Under the pieces are notes generated by a model. That model worked only from the letters and a program-made list of their open reading frames with translations. It was not told the DNA's origin and ran no database searches. Source: Alphaproteobacteria bacterium (GTDB lineage Bacteria > Pseudomonadota > Alphaproteobacteria > MPNO01 > UBA830). From it: a DNA stretch of 64,000 bases. A program made the translations under genes and the position numbers. Location: assembly GCA_965243135.1 (NCBI GenBank), contig OZ251539.1:416001-480000 (forward strand). The letters run 5' to 3'. This document shows, in pieces, positions 41,465-52,619 of the stretch (the first letter of the stretch is position 1; each line of letters opens with the position of its first letter).

Positions 41465-41950
41465 CTTGTTGCTGGCCAGTGGACATGCGATCGCACGGCC
41501 GTCCGTCGCAGGCTCTCGTCGCCGCGGCGGTCGTACCGCGCCGTGGTATGCGGGCTGGGCGGGCTGGCATGTCCGGCGAGATGCTGGACAACCGCGATGT
41601 CGGCACCGGCCTTGAGCAGGTCGCTGACGAACGGCCGGCGCAGGTCGTGCGGACTGCAGGGCGCGATGCCCGCTTGCTCGGACCGCCGGTTCAACTGCAT
41701 CATGACGGCTTGCGGCGTCATGGCGCGCATGGCTACGCGTCCGGCCTTGTCGACCGGGCATAGCAGCGGTCCAGGGGCGGGGCCACGAACGGCGGTCCGG
41801 GCATCGACCTCGCTCCCGCGCAGGCGAATACGGTGCGCTCCCTGCTTTCCTTGCTGAGCACGACGACCGCGCCGGTGCCGTAGTCGGAGAGTCGAAGGGA
41901 GACGGCGTCCGTCCGGCGCAGGCTGGCACCGCGAAATTGGCGCAGTCGTG
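41465..41950 (-). pseudogene. Tyrosine recombinase remnant (paralog of 56445..57440)
   Basis: CSPHDLRRPFVSDLLKAGADIAVVQHLAGHASP...TTARYDRRG. Confidence 0.85.
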
Positions 41951-42029
41951 TTCTTCCTTGAGCCGAAGTCTCGGCAAGGGGTATTCGGAGCCGAGTGGAT
42001 TGTCCGTCCGCCCGTGAATTCCGAAACCC

Positions 42030-42420
42030 GGCAATGGCGAAGTGCTCAGACGTTCGCCGTGCGCCGCCTGACGCGCGCGATGGGACATCGTTATCGGATT
42101 CACCGAAGAGACCTGCCCGGCAACCCCGGATCTGGTCTTTCCCGCCCGGAGGAAAGCGATCTTCGTCCACGGTTGCTTCTGGCACCGGCAATCCTGCCTG
42201 CGCGAACGGCGTCCGAAATCGAGGCGGGACTACTGGCCTCTGAAACTCAAGCGCAACAAGGGGAGGGATGCCGATAACGCGGCCCGCCTCCTGGAGATGG
42301 GCTGGAAAGCCGTCGCGTTCTGGGAATGCGAAATCGCGGGTCTCGACTCGGTTCGGGTGCGGACGCGGCGGGCAAAGGAAGGCTGAAGGCGACTGTGGGG
42401 ACGACGCGTAGCAGGGTGGC
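42030..42420 (+). pseudogene. vsr: Vsr endonuclease, frameshifted
   Basis: VRRLTRAMGHRYRIHRRDLPG / DLVFPARRKAIFVHGCFWH...YWPLKLKRNKGRD...GWKAVAFWECE. Confidence 0.85.
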
Positions 42421-42631
42421 GGCCGAGCAAGCGCGAGCCGCGGCTGTCTCGGCGGGGGACGGTCAGATTTTTCGACTCGACAGATGGGCTGCGCTCGTCC
42501 GCGCCGTTGACGAATTCCGAAGACGCCGGTGCGTGACATGGCTCGTAAATACGGCATTTTGTAGGCGAAAAAAATTCCGATCGACATCTGGCGAGTGATT
42601 CGGTTATTGTAGTTGACGGTAGGGAGAAGAG

Positions 42632-43879
42632 TTGAAGCGGATAACGACCTTGGCGCGACCCATCGGAATTGACCTGTTCGCTGGCGCGGGAGGCCTTAGC
42701 CTCGGTTTCGAGGCCGCCGGCTTCGATGTAGCTGCAGCAGTCGAAATAGATCCCCTTCATTGCGCGACGCACGAGTTCAATTTCCCATACTGCCGGACGA
42801 TATGCGCAAGCGCGCTCGACGTCAGCGGCGTCGAAATCAGGAGGATGGCGGGGATCGAGGGCGAAGAGATCGCGGTCGTCTTCGGCGGCACTCCTTGTCA
42901 GGGATTTTCCATGATCGGCAAGCGGTCGCTCGACGACCCGCGCAACGAGCTCACCCATAGGTTCCTTGACCTCGTTCTCGATCTGCGTCCGGCCTATTTC
43001 GTCTTCGAAAACGTAAGCGGCTTGACCGTGGGCAGACAGCGCCGGATCCTGGACGATATGATCTCCGTTTTCGATTTGAACGGCTATCATGTGCTGTCGC
43101 CGCATCGTCTCCTGAATGCGTCGGACTATTGTGTTCCGCAGAACAGGCGTCGTCTCTTCCTGATGGGCGCAAAAGAAGAGTTGCCCTTGCCGAAGTATCC
43201 CGAATCGTGCGGTAAGCTGGTCACCGTTGCGGCGGCGCTCGACGACCTGCCCGATCCCTACGAATATCCCAAGTTGAAGGCATGCGACTGGACAAGGGCG
43301 GAATTCGGCGAACCGTCCGAGTACGCACGCGAACTACGTGGCGATGCAGTGGGCTTCGGCTACAGGAGGATATTCGACGAATCCCTTCTCACTTCTAGCC
43401 TGCGCACGACACATGCAGCGAAGACGCGGCGGCGATTCGCGAAGACGCCTATCGGGAAGACCGAACCCGTCAGCCGGTTCCGTAAATTGGATCCGGCCGG
43501 TCTCTGCAACACCATCCGTGCGGGAACGGGCAGCGACAGGGGCGCGTTCACTTCGCCGCGGCCGATCCATCCGCGCGCGCCGCGCTGCATCACGAACAGA
43601 GAAGCGGCGCGCCTTCATTCCTATCCCGACTGGTTTCGCTTCCATGTTACCAAATGGCACGGTTTTCGCCAGATCGGCAATTCGGTGCCCCCGCTGCTGG
43701 CTCGGGCAGTGGCGTCGGAGATTATGTCGGCGCTCGGGATCTCCCCGGTCGTGCCCGAGAAGCCGCTCGAACTCGGTGACCCGGCTCTGTTGTCGCTTAC
43801 CGCAACTCAAGCCGCTCTACGCTACGGGATTCCCGTCAACTCCGTTCCCAAACGCTGTCGGGGGCGCGACATCGGTTGA
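42632..43879 (+). CDS. C5 cytosine DNA methyltransferase
   Basis: DLFAGAGG, GGTPCQGFS, FENV, PQNRRR and QIGNSVPP; intact frame. Confidence 0.95.
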   Translation: MKRITTLARPIGIDLFAGAGGLSLGFEAAGFDVAAAVEIDPLHCATHEFNFPYCRTICASALDVSGVEIRRMAGIEGEEIAVVFGGTPCQGFSMIGKRSLDDPRNELTHRFLDLVLDLRPAYFVFENVSGLTVGRQRRILDDMISVFDLNGYHVLSPHRLLNASDYCVPQNRRRLFLMGAKEELPLPKYPESCGKLVTVAAALDDLPDPYEYPKLKACDWTRAEFGEPSEYARELRGDAVGFGYRRIFDESLLTSSLRTTHAAKTRRRFAKTPIGKTEPVSRFRKLDPAGLCNTIRAGTGSDRGAFTSPRPIHPRAPRCITNREAARLHSYPDWFRFHVTKWHGFRQIGNSVPPLLARAVASEIMSALGISPVVPEKPLELGDPALLSLTATQAALRYGIPVNSVPKRCRGRDIG

Positions 43880-44544
43880 TGGAAAAGACGCCGCCGCCGC
43901 GCCTGCGTGAGCCGCTGCTTCGAAAGCGGCGAAGTTGGAGGCGTCCGGCATTTCGGATGGAAATCCTGCTGATGTGCCCGATTTCTCAGGCACTCGGTTT
44001 TGGTCGTACAGATGAGCGACCTTGGAGTCGCTGTCGCTTGACGATAAGGCGCAACTGTCAGGAGGCTCTCCGATGATCGTGGATATCCATGCCCTTCGTC
44101 GGCCCAAAGCCGATCCGAAAAAGGGCTTGCTGGTTCAAACGGCAACCGAGGTGATCGCCCCGCGAGAACGCCTTTCGGCTCTAAGCTGCGTACTCTGTTG
44201 ATAATGTCTTGAAATACAGGTGGCATTCAAGGGTGCGAAATTTTTTACCCCGAATTCGGGTACGGAAAACAGCGGATTCTCCACGCTCGGACTACCATTT
44301 TCGCAGCCCAAGCCGCGCCGCGACCGCAACTGATCGCCCGGATCGCGATTCGCTAGCTCTGGATTCGCCGCTCCGCGTCGGTACAGATTCCGTTTCTGTT
44401 CCGACATCGCCCGCCTGCGTGACCCTTACAGGCCTGTCAACAGGCGGCCGAAATGGTTCGCGAGGTCCCGAGCAAACGGCATCCGACAAAAAAATGGCAC
44501 AGGGCAAACGCCTCAGCTCTACCCAGTTATGTTGAATTCAACAT

Positions 44545-45520
44545 AACTGGGTCCATGCCAGACGCGACTTCGTCAACCTGGAGACCGGCTACCCGAACCT
44601 CGCGCGGTTCGCCCAAAAGTGGCTTCGTCACATTGCGGCATTGTACCGTCTCAACGCTAGGCGTCTGGCACGGCCGGGCAACGCCGCCGCCCAGCGGCGG
44701 CTCGCGAGGTTCGCCGGAACGTTCTTCGCGGCGGCGAAAAAGGCACGAGACGCGCTCCCGGAGAGCGCGGCGCAACGCGGCCCTCTGGACTCCCTGCTGG
44801 TAAGCGTTCGGTTGTGGGGTGACGGTGTTGAGGCTCCACCTCCAAGCAGGGGTTCAACCAAGCAACCAGAATACCCTTGACCGGGAGGGCGCGTTCGTTT
44901 CGGGTGCTTGAGACGGCCTTGGGCCGCCCTTGTGTCGAACTGCGAAGACGACGGAGAACGAGAGTTTAAATCCCACAGCCGCAGGTTTGCTCGGGATCTG
45001 TTCGGGCGCCGCGGCGAGTGGCAGCCTGCGGCACCTGACATAGCGACATCGGCTCAACGCCAGACGTCTGGCGCGCCCTGACAACGCCGCCGCCCAGCGG
45101 CGGCTCGCGAGGTTCACCGGAGCGTTCTTCGCTGTGGCGAAAAAGGCACGGGCCGCGCTTCCGGAGAGCGCGGCGCAGCGCGACCCTCTGGACTCCCTGT
45201 TGTGCCATCGCGACGGCCTGACAGTGTTCGTCGACAACGCAGCCGTTCCCATGGACAACAACCCTGCCGAACGCGGCCTGCGCGGTATCAGCCGGTAGCT
45301 CTCGTTCGGGTCGCATAGCGTGGACGGAGTGCGGTTGGCGGGTATGCTCTATTCCATCTTCGGCACGCTGGCCGGCGTTTTGCCGTACCGCTGGCTGCTT
45401 GGTTATGCCTGCGCCCGACATCGCGGTCCGCCGCCGGAAGGCTCGGCTGCCTGGCTGCCGTGGGGCGCGGGCGAGAAGCGTCTGCGTTCCTGGCGTCCCG
45501 CTCTCGCCCAGGGACCGTGA
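44545..45520 (+). pseudogene. IS66-family transposase C-terminal remnant with about 150-bp internal duplication
   Basis: WVHARRDF; DGLTVFVDNAAVPMDNNPAERGLR; 44650-44797 repeated at 45053-45200. Confidence 0.8.
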
Positions 45521-47674
45521 GCGGCAGCCCCCGCCGCTACTGCGGGCACGACTTCTCCGAAGACGAGATCGACCCGCTCCCTGATCGCGGGTGGCCTCCA
45601 CCGCCGGGCGCTGTCCCGGGAGGTCTGCCGACGCCTCGACTGGCGCAACGGCGGCCCAAAGGATTATGAGCGCGCGCGTCGCCATGTTGTGCATGCACGG
45701 CGTGATCGTCCTACCGCCGCCAAGGCGTGCGCCGGTCGTCCGCTCGTGCCCGGTCCCGCGACCGACAGGCCCTTGGTCCCGACCCCCGAGCGTCTCGCCG
45801 ATGTCCAACCCGTCGCCGTGGAGCCTGTCCGGAATGCGGGCGAAGGCCGCCTCTGGAACGAGTTCGTCGCTCGCTATCAGCATCTCGGCTACTCGCCGCT
45901 GCCCGGTGTGCAGATGCGCTACTTCGTCCGGGCTGCCGACAGCGAACCCTTCGCCGTTCTCGGCTTCGGCGCCACGGCCTGGAAGATCGCGCCGCGGGAC
46001 AAGCTCGTGGAACTCCGAGATCCGCCGCCGCAATCTGCCGCTAGTGGTCAACAATGCCAAGGCCCTGCCTTGGGTGCAGATCTATTTTTGCCAAACTCCT
46101 TGTTTTTATTTACGGAATCGGGATTTCCGCCGTCAGGCGACGTTGAACGCCTGATTGTCGTTCGCAGCCCCAGTCATTGTCCGCCATGCCGACTCGAAGC
46201 GACCTGACCTTATCAACGCTCTGAGGGTGAGGACGTTCTGACCGCCTTCGACGCTCCAGCGCATGCCGGCCCGTTTCATGCGCTGGTTGACCAGCACCTT
46301 GTTGGCGGCTTCCACGACGCCCGACCGCGTAGCCGCTGGCTTTGAGGCTCGCGTAGCGCATGCGGCGCCTGTGCTTGCGGAAAAACTTGAGCTCGCGTCC
46401 GAGAACCTTGAGCGCCGTTTCCGTCGTCGCTTTGTCGCGGAGATAGCGGATCGCCGACCTTGTCGACGCCGTCGGCGTCGTCGCGCAGGACGGCGCGGTA
46501 CTTTTCGTACCAGTTGCTTGCGACGGTCGGAGACCTCGTTGAGATGTTCGCACGCAAAAATCGACCGCCCGCTCGTCGGGCCGGAGCTTGTCGAGAAACG
46601 TCCAGTTGTCGGGCGCAGCGTCGGCAACGGCGACCACCTTCAGGTCGGGCCGCACTTTGGTGGGCGACCTCTTCGGCGAGTTGCGCCTTCAGCGTCGCCT
46701 TGCCGGCCTCCGGCCCGAAACTGAGCGTTTTCAAGCGATTGCCTTCCGCGTCCTGGAAACTGACCGTCCCGCAGGACGCCTCGCGCCAGCACGCTTCCTC
46801 GTCTCCGTCCGGGCGAAGCGAAACCCCGTCAAGCGAAACGGCGCAGGAAACCGCCTCGCACCGTTTCCGCCTCGCGGATGCTTTCCATGGCTTCCTGCTC
46901 CTTTTCCTTCCAGAGGCTGCCCGTCGTCTCCAACAGACGCTTCAGGTGACTCGACGACGGGTTCATGCCCCCCAACTCCCCGAAGAGTTGGGCCGTTTCC
47001 TGCGGCGTGCAGTGCTCCAGAAGCAGGAGAGCGCGATAAGCGGCCGGGTTCAGCCGTCAGCCCAGGTCGTTGTCGACCGGCGAGAACGACTCCTTTTCCG
47101 AGCGCGTCCGAAAATACCGGACCGGACCGAACAGCGTGTGGACGGTCTTCTGCGTCCGCGCAGCCCGGTAGAAGACCTTGTCGTCCTTGCGAATCTGGCC
47201 TCCCCTCTCGTCCCGGTCCTCGTTGCAAATCACCGTCCGGCACAGCGCAGCGATCTGCTTACTCAACCCAAGCTCGAAATCGGCGAACGCCTCGGGACCC
47301 TCCCCCTCCGACCTTTCCTTGAGGAAGGCTCCCCGAACGCCTTGGCGGTCGCGGCCCCTTTCTCGACGATGGACGCGAAAGCTCGCACCGCCTCTGCGGC
47401 CACCGGGGAGAGGCTGGAAAGGGACAAACCGTTCGAAGATTGCGAAACTGACATGGGAATGCTCCTGATGTTGTGGGGTCAAGCCAACATTCTGCCGCAT
47501 TTAGCGGTCAGGAGCATTCCTTTTTTTCGTCCTCCGACCCCCTGATCGTGTCAAAATCCGCGCCCGGAACGGCGTTTTGTCACGAAATCGCCGATTTCGT
47601 CCTTGAAGCGTCGCAGCTCGTACTCGAATAATTGTTGAAAATCAACAGGTTGTGGATTTTTCCTTTTGGCAATA

Positions 47675-49318
47675 CAGCAATTCCCGCTAAGGCTTGAAAC
47701 CCTTGGAAAATATGGGGTCCGAAAAAAAATTTTCGTAGACTTTTCGAGGCGATTCGGGGCTATTTGTCTTCGAGCGGAGAATTTTTCTCTGGAAAATGGT
47801 TCGAAGGCGAGGCGGGATCGTACCAAAATGGCTAGAATGCCAGGCATGCGCAAGACGCTCAGCGCTCCGGGATTGCTGAAGGCGCTCCGGGGGGTTTTTG
47901 ACGGCATTGAGGATCTGACGGCGAGTCGAGGCGTCGCTCTTTCGGATTGCCTGATGTCGGGGATTGCGGTATTTGGTTTGAAATACAAATCTCTTTTAAA
48001 GTTTGATCGCGACGCGCGTTTTGATGAAACGGTTCGCAATAATCTTGCGACGTTGTACGGGATAGAGAGAGCGCCTTCCGATACTAGGTTGCGCGAGCGT
48101 CTGGACGACGTGGACCCCCATAGTTTACGCCCCGCTTTCACGAAGATGTTCCAGTTGCTTCAGCGTGGAAAGGGTCTGGAAGGTTACACATGTCTAGGCG
48201 GGCATTATCTTTTATCCGTTGACGGAACGGGATATTTTTCATCTCACAAGGTGCACTGTAAAAGCTGCTGTGAAAAGCACCACAGGGACGGAACAATCAC
48301 GTACTACCATCAGATGCTAGGGGCAGTTCTCGTGCATCCGGAACAAAAGGAAGTTTTCCCTCTTGCGCCGGAGCCGATCACCAAGAAAGATGGAAAGAAG
48401 AAAAACGATTGCGAACGCAACGCGGCGACACGATTGTTGCGCGATGTGCGGCGGGAGCATCCGTTTTTGAAATTGATAGTGGTAGAAGACGGACTTGCCT
48501 CGAACGGCCCGCATGTCAAGCATCTCAAGGAGTTGAACCTTCGCTTCATACTGGGAGCGAAGCCGGGAGACCATAAATTTTTGTTTGATTTAGTGAACAG
48601 GTCACGATCTGTGAAACGTGCCGAATTCTCCGATGAAGAAGGTATAATGCACGAATTCAGATATCTTAACAAGGCACCACTCAACGATGCGAATTTCGAC
48701 CTTGAAGTCAACTTTGTTGAATACTGGGAAAAGCACCCCGACGGCAAAAAGCAACGCTTTTCCTGGGTTACAGACCTGCCAGTAGGAGATCACAACCTGA
48801 TGGAGATAATGCGTGCCGGGCGTGCGCGTTGGCGTATCGAAAACGAGACCTTCAACACCCTGAAGAACCAAGGTTACAGCTTCGAACACAACTTCGGTCA
48901 TGGTTACAAGCATCTGTCGAATGTTTTTGCTAACTTGATGATGCTGGCTTTCCTGATCGACCAGATTCAGCAGAGATGTTGCAATCTGTTTCAAAGAGCA
49001 CAGAAGAAAGCCGAGCGTTCCATCTACCTGTGGGAGAAGTTGAGAGCTATGTTCTTCAACTTTTCACTACCAGGCTGGGAAGCGCTTTATCGTGCTATAG
49101 CGTTCGGATACAAAAAACCGATTCTGGAACCTTACGATACTTCTTGATATAATAAATTTTCGAAGTGTGTAGCAGGTTCTTCAGGGGGAAACATAACCAA
49201 CGAAAGCTTCGGTCATTAAGCCGAACGTTAGACGTTCGTCCTGACGGTCGTACCTTCTGCCGAGAAAGTCCTTTACATCTGATTTGGCACGACCACTACA
49301 AGTTAGCGGGAATTTCTG
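47675..49318 (+). mobile_element. ISNCY-like element with intact DDE transposase
   Basis: IRs CAGCAATTCCCGCTAA and TTAGCGGGAATTTCTG; 9-bp direct repeat ttggcaata (47666-47674, 49319-49327). Confidence 0.9.
47828..49147 (+). CDS. DDE transposase
   Basis: LSVDGTGYFSS, VVEDGL and GRARWRIENETFNTLKNQGY; no frameshift. Confidence 0.92.
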   Translation: MARMPGMRKTLSAPGLLKALRGVFDGIEDLTASRGVALSDCLMSGIAVFGLKYKSLLKFDRDARFDETVRNNLATLYGIERAPSDTRLRERLDDVDPHSLRPAFTKMFQLLQRGKGLEGYTCLGGHYLLSVDGTGYFSSHKVHCKSCCEKHHRDGTITYYHQMLGAVLVHPEQKEVFPLAPEPITKKDGKKKNDCERNAATRLLRDVRREHPFLKLIVVEDGLASNGPHVKHLKELNLRFILGAKPGDHKFLFDLVNRSRSVKRAEFSDEEGIMHEFRYLNKAPLNDANFDLEVNFVEYWEKHPDGKKQRFSWVTDLPVGDHNLMEIMRAGRARWRIENETFNTLKNQGYSFEHNFGHGYKHLSNVFANLMMLAFLIDQIQQRCCNLFQRAQKKAERSIYLWEKLRAMFFNFSLPGWEALYRAIAFGYKKPILEPYDTS

Positions 49319-49676
49319 TTGGCAATATCAGACCTGCACCCCCTGCCTTGGGTTCGGATAAAAAACCTCGCGTCCCATCTCCTCGCTCTGGTCGAACGAC
49401 GACTGTCGGACGATTAGGAAGGCCGCTACGCGTTGCGTCCGGTCCTGCTTGAGACTTTCTGCGAGAGCCCGCGCTTCGAAGAGACCTGTTGCCAAGCAGC
49501 CAACTGGACCAAGGCCGGCCGCACTCAAGGGCACGGCAAGCTCGAGGTGCGGAACGAACGCCCCCTCCCGGTCAAGAACGCTGAAGCCCCTGTGCGGGAC
49601 TAGAGGCGGATCCTCAACAAATAAACCGTCACCCCCCGACCGAACGCTTACGACCAGAAATCATAAAGACATGAGA

Positions 49677-50267
49677 TCAATCGCGTTTGATTATCTTTCC
49701 GTAGTTCGAAGGAGTTGTAAATGGGTGTTCATTTTCAGAATCTTTAAAACGATTTGATGCGTCTGACACTTTGCGATTGTGACGACGTTCTGCACTGTGC
49801 ACCATTATTTTACCTTGGACTTCGGCGAGGTTTTGATCTCCGCGAATGACCAAATATGCCCTACAAAAGGTAAGCGTAATGAAAAAAATCAAAATCGCTA
49901 CCGAAATTCGGATAATTGTCCTTTGACTCGCTTCAGAAAACCCGGAGAAAATGATTTTCAAGAACTCATCTACGACTTCTGTTATAGCTAGTCCGATAAG
50001 GGAAACCCCGATGATCACGAGAAAAACGGCAAGTCGTCTAGTTACTTTTCGGAACTCTTTTACCAAATTTTCAATTTCTTGTAATTCAAGATCTTCTACG
50101 TTCATTGGCGGTATTCCACGCCCAAGGCGGAATAGGACAGCGGCGGCCAGAACTGAAAGGACTAAAATAATGTCGGATCTAATATCGCTCCATTGGCTTG
50201 GTTCAATAGAAAAGAACGCGATAATTGCGATAACAAATGGGATCAATATTTGCAGAAGCTTCAACAT
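49677..50267 (-). CDS. Four-TM membrane protein
   Basis: Four hydrophobic segments; AT-rich; 24 nt downstream of 50292..51323. Confidence 0.8.
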   Translation of the reverse strand: MLKLLQILIPFVIAIIAFFSIEPSQWSDIRSDIILVLSVLAAAVLFRLGRGIPPMNVEDLELQEIENLVKEFRKVTRRLAVFLVIIGVSLIGLAITEVVDEFLKIIFSGFSEASQRTIIRISVAILIFFITLTFCRAYLVIRGDQNLAEVQGKIMVHSAERRHNRKVSDASNRFKDSENEHPFTTPSNYGKIIKRD

Positions 50268-50291
50268 AGATATCTGCTCTTTGCCGACATA

Positions 50292-51323
50292 CTAGTCGAT
50301 TCTACCGTCAGCCAAAAAACGCCTGTGAACTTCAAAAAGCTGCTCCCTAACATGCTTCAAGTCTAGCAAGATACCTTTGTTACGTATTTTCTTGAAAGGC
50401 ATAGAAGTCTGTAGCCATGTCTTATCGCCTCGAATTTTACCATCTTTTGTTCTTATGCCGAGTTCTCCGTCTTCAATATTACGTAGTCCGATCGCCAACT
50501 CATTCATAAAAACTCGATCAATATGGCGGCGCGTGGCACGATACCCAATGTTAACTTTAACATCAAGAGCGGCATTAGGAGGTACGCTTTCGAAAATTCT
50601 TTCTGCCTCAATAGAGCCAAAAATCTCTTCGACAATTCTTTTTGCCTTCGACCATATCGTCCCGATTTCTGCAAGAGATCTACGTTCTTCAACTATCCTT
50701 TCACGTTTGGAAATTCCTAGATTTTCAGGTGGTTCTGCCACTGGTTCTGTTGCCAAGCCACCAATTTCAATGGATTTTACCTCATCAATATCAGCCGCCG
50801 ATACGTTGAAGGCAGACTGCAATATAATTTCATCTATTTGGTTTATTATTCCCGTTTTCCGTAAAAACCATGTTAGGTATTCTTCCAACGCTTTGGCTCG
50901 TACTGCGATATTCTGAACAATATAGCAATGGTCACCAATCACGAGCCAGTATACGATTCCAGTCAGATAATCGTTCCCACCCGGTGCATTTTCTTCGCTG
51001 ATACTCAATGTTGTGGCGTCCTGATTAGGACCGGTCTCGATCAACGCCTGCATATCACCGGGTGTGAATGCGCATAGAGTGCCGAACGCAGACTGTGGAT
51101 CAACGTGAACGTGATTGAAAAGTCTGTTTTGGTTGCGATCTTCTGACAGCGTTAGTCTGTATTTCCAGTTGTCTATATAGCGGCCACCGTCGGGATGTGG
51201 GCTATGAAGTGCACCTGCGATCGCTTGCGATAGGGTCACCCCGTTGGCAGCTATCGCACCGTCGCGCAATAACCTGCGATAGTGGACCGTAAAATGCCGC
51301 GTCATGGTCATCGGAACGTCCAA
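50292..51323 (-). CDS. Hypothetical soluble protein
   Basis: Intact 343-aa AT-rich ORF: TVHYRRL...FGTLCAFTPG...YWLVIGDHCYIVQ...LEEYLTWFL. Confidence 0.8.
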   Translation of the reverse strand: MDVPMTMTRHFTVHYRRLLRDGAIAANGVTLSQAIAGALHSPHPDGGRYIDNWKYRLTLSEDRNQNRLFNHVHVDPQSAFGTLCAFTPGDMQALIETGPNQDATTLSISEENAPGGNDYLTGIVYWLVIGDHCYIVQNIAVRAKALEEYLTWFLRKTGIINQIDEIILQSAFNVSAADIDEVKSIEIGGLATEPVAEPPENLGISKRERIVEERRSLAEIGTIWSKAKRIVEEIFGSIEAERIFESVPPNAALDVKVNIGYRATRRHIDRVFMNELAIGLRNIEDGELGIRTKDGKIRGDKTWLQTSMPFKKIRNKGILLDLKHVREQLFEVHRRFLADGRID

Positions 51324-51541
51324 GGCTCCAAATTATCCGATATTCCGCTGATCTCGGATCTCTCCGCGACCCACCGAGCGAATGAAGAACAGCAAACGAT
51401 ACGCGAGTTTGACCAAGCTGTCGACAGTTTCCGCGATTTGTGTGCTCAAAATCAACTTTGAAAGGGTGCTGACATAGAAACGCAAAGCCAGAAAACGTCT
51501 AACAAATTGATTTTACATGATTATTTAGCTCGGATATCCTG

Positions 51542-51915
51542 GTGTGCCGTGGAAGGGCGCTTTCTTCTGGCGGGTGCGAATTCCACCCAACAACTGCTGT
51601 TCCGATCAACTAGAGCGGTTTACAGAGGTGCAGGCTGAAGCACTCTGGCAGAAGGGCGGCGAAGGCCGCTTGGCGAACATGCGGATCTTAACGAGCGGCG
51701 AGCGTTGAGCAGGCATGGGCAAGGCGGGAGCTGGCCCTCTGGAGGGAAAACCGCTGACAGTCGGGAAGAGAACAACAGAAGCGCCGACTGTTTCCGCCGG
51801 GGTGTCGGCGCGCAGATGAAGGAAGCGGCAACACGGGAGGTCCTGTCGGTGACGCGCACGAGTCAACCGGAACCCCGCGAGGGTAGGCCGGTAGGTGGCG
51901 GGAAGGCTCGTTAGT
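51542..51915 (+). ncRNA. Group II intron 5' fragment (domain I region), no RT ORF
   Basis: GTGTG 5' end; GGTGCGAATTCCACCC; AACACGGGAGGTCC...CAACCGGAACCCCGCGAGGG...GTGGCGGGAAGGCTCGT recalls bacterial group II introns. Confidence 0.6.
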
Positions 51916-52619
51916 CCGCTCAGCGTCCTGCCGGTGTAGAAGAGCGTGCGTGCGCCCCGGTTTGGACGCAGGCATTTCTGGAAGACAAAAGGCGATTGCG
52001 CAGCGCGGCTGCAGACAGGTCGAAGACTTTCGCGACCATCGAGCGGACTGACAGCCAACCCCGGCAGCCTCGGCGCGGACGAAACGTTTTCCCGGCTCCG
52101 CTGGTTCGGCGCGTCCGGCGCGCCGGGACGGAACCGTCCATAGATTTTTTCTTGAAAATCTGTACTAAGATTCTTATTTTCCGTTTATGTTTAGAAAATG
52201 CGGCTCTTGGGGCGCGTGCGGTACCCGTTCGACCGCCGTGCTGTCGAAGCACGGCGAATTCTTTCTTCTAGTAAAAGCCCTTTATTAACATGATCTTAGA
52301 TACCAGATCCGGTCTACCTGCTTGGCCGGAGAAGACCGCATGTTGGTCGGAGAAGACCACATGCTTGTCTTTCTGGCGAAAGAATTCCATCAAATCATGT
52401 GGTTACCCAAAGGCTTGAACTTCCTGGCGCTGATTCGCCGACGCCTCCAGCGAAGTCCGCGACTGGTTCTGGATTACTTGCGGATGACTGAAAACGCCCG
52501 TAAAGGCACCCCAGCAGGCAACTACAGAATTAGAACAAATTAGCCGTGCTGTCGAAGGAAGACCGATTGACGATTCGGAGGCTACGCAATTGAAATACAA
52601 TTGGGGAGGGGAATCTGCG

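Larger units (their letters stand above)
46072..49341 (-). mobile_element. Divergent ISKra4-like IS containing a second IS in its terminal repeat
   Basis: GGGTGCAGATCT...CAGACCTGCACCC ends; 8-bp direct repeat cctgcctt (46064-46071, 49342-49349). Confidence 0.88.
45517..49560 (+). pseudogene. DUF4338 (DruA-like) IS-associated gene, interrupted by nested IS
   Basis: RYCGHDFS...RLWNEFVARYQHLGYSPLPG.QMRYFV...AWKIAPRD...VVNN before 46072; LPWVRIKNLASHLL after 49341. Confidence 0.75.

Noticed and set aside
45517-49560. Druantia defence system
   Set aside because: Only a short, broken DUF4338 gene in IS context; no DruE helicase.
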